Source of the DNA: a bacterium
GTDB lineage: Bacteria > SZUA-182 > DTGQ01 > JAFGSM01
NCBI GenBank assembly: GCA_049472355.1
Contig: JBLIRP010000080.1
Coordinates: 1-17,370, forward strand
Reading direction: 5' to 3'
DNA: 17,370 nucleotides
Both the position numbers and the translations under genes were made by a program. The notes under the pieces are model-generated. The model searched no databases and had not been told where the DNA came from. It was given only the letters and a program-made list of their open reading frames with translations. Below are positions 16,295 to 17,370 of this stretch, piece after piece (position 1 is the first letter of the stretch; every line of letters starts with the position of its first letter).

Positions 16295-17370
16295 ATGGGT
16301 CATTCGAATATGAACAACAGGGACATACGTGAGGCTGCGCGGGTCAAGACAAGGATACCCATCCGGTACCACAAGGTATCGGACGGCATTGTGGAGAATG
16401 AATCACATGAATCCCTTTCCAAGGATATCAGCACGAATGGGGTGCTCTTTGAGGTCCCGGAGCTCTTGTGTCTTGGGCAACGGTTGAAGCTGTTCTTTAC
16501 CATTCCGGGAATCGATCACGAGGTGTGCATTCTTGGAAAGGTCGCCCGGATAGAAGAGATACATTTCGGCCACACCTACGATATCGGGGTAAGGTTTGAG
16601 CAGATCGACGGTGGTGACCGTGAAAGGATAAAGCGGCATATAGAGACGGTGGACATCGTTCGGCTCCTCAACCTGGCGCACAGCGAGAGGGCATCCGATC
16701 TGCATCTCACCTATGGCCGGCCGCCGATCTTGAGAATCTGCGGGCACCTCGTGCCCCTCGATATGGAGGCATTGTACAAGGATGATCTCAAGGCGCTTAT
16801 CTACAGTATTCTCAGCGATGAGCAGATAAAACGATTCGAGAAATGTAAGGAGCTGGATTTTGCATTCTCCCCCGACCCGGAAAAGAGGTTCCGGGTCAAT
16901 ATCCACATGCAGCGGGGAAATGTGGAGGCGACCTTTCGGACGATCATGCCCGGAATCAGGTCGATAGCCGAACTCGGCCTTCCGGATGTGGTTGCCGATC
17001 TTGCCCGCAAGCGGAAAGGGGTCGTCATCATCGCAGGACCCACCGGCGCCGGCAAGACCACCACCCTGGCGGCGATGGTCGACCTCATCAATACGGAAAG
17101 GGAGTCGGTGATTATCTGCCTGGAGGACCCGATTGAGTATGTCCATCAAAATAAACGAAGCATTATTAAACAGAGGGAGATCGGAACCGATACCGCCTCG
17201 TTCTCAACGGCCCTCAAGGAGGCGCTGCGCCAGGATCCGGACGTGATCCTCATTGGGGAACTCCAGGATTCAGAATCGGTGCAGACCGCCATCACCGCTG
17301 CGGAGACCGGGCACCTGGTGCTCACCTCCATGCATGCACCGAATTGCATCCAGGTGATCGACCGGATCAT
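16295..17370 (+). CDS. PilZ-domain / PilT-PilU family retraction ATPase fusion, 3' truncated by the window end
   Basis: Manual translation; absent from the ORF track because there is no stop in the window. MGHSNMNNRDIREAAR...KDISTNGVLF...GKVAR...IGVRF (PilZ), then ASDLHL, RFRVN, GPTGAGKTT, LEDPIEY, ALRQDPDVILIGELQD, AETGHLV. Start is uncertain (in-frame ATGs at 16232, 16283, 16295, 16310). Confidence 0.92.
   Translation, partial: MGHSNMNNRDIREAARVKTRIPIRYHKVSDGIVENESHESLSKDISTNGVLFEVPELLCLGQRLKLFFTIPGIDHEVCILGKVARIEEIHFGHTYDIGVRFEQIDGGDRERIKRHIETVDIVRLLNLAHSERASDLHLTYGRPPILRICGHLVPLDMEALYKDDLKALIYSILSDEQIKRFEKCKELDFAFSPDPEKRFRVNIHMQRGNVEATFRTIMPGIRSIAELGLPDVVADLARKRKGVVIIAGPTGAGKTTTLAAMVDLINTERESVIICLEDPIEYVHQNKRSIIKQREIGTDTASFSTALKEALRQDPDVILIGELQDSESVQTAITAAETGHLVLTSMHAPNCIQVIDRI

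Noticed and set aside
16300..17370. Minus-strand ORFs 16300-16503, 16403-17149, 16801-17091 and 17146-17370
   Set aside because: They are antisense shadows of the + strand PilZ-PilT ORF.

Overview
Bacterial chromosomal window with moderately high GC; the gene order resembles deltaproteobacterial (Desulfobacterota/Myxococcota) pil loci, but taxonomy is only inferred. Left part: gatB and an M23 peptidase on the + strand converge on a minus-strand type IVa pilus cluster, pilB-pilT-pilC-pilS-pilR, with no pilA in the window. A BshB1/PIG-L-like gene with a degenerate active site lies upstream of pilB. Right part: a ~4.2 kb accessory segment is bracketed by two oppositely oriented modular repeat clusters (83-nt block, 78/83 identical) built on GCGNAGC motifs. 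The segment holds a secreted Met/Gly/Tyr-rich 35-aa tandem-repeat protein, a HAD phosphatase, an FmdB-type zinc-ribbon protein with a possible Sec/SECIS read-through, a small J-domain protein and an archaeal-type AAA ATPase. The window ends inside an ORF missing from the supplied track: a PilZ domain with intact c-di-GMP motifs fused to a second PilT/PilU-type ATPase. With an MshEN motif on PilB, this suggests c-di-GMP input on both extension and retraction motors.
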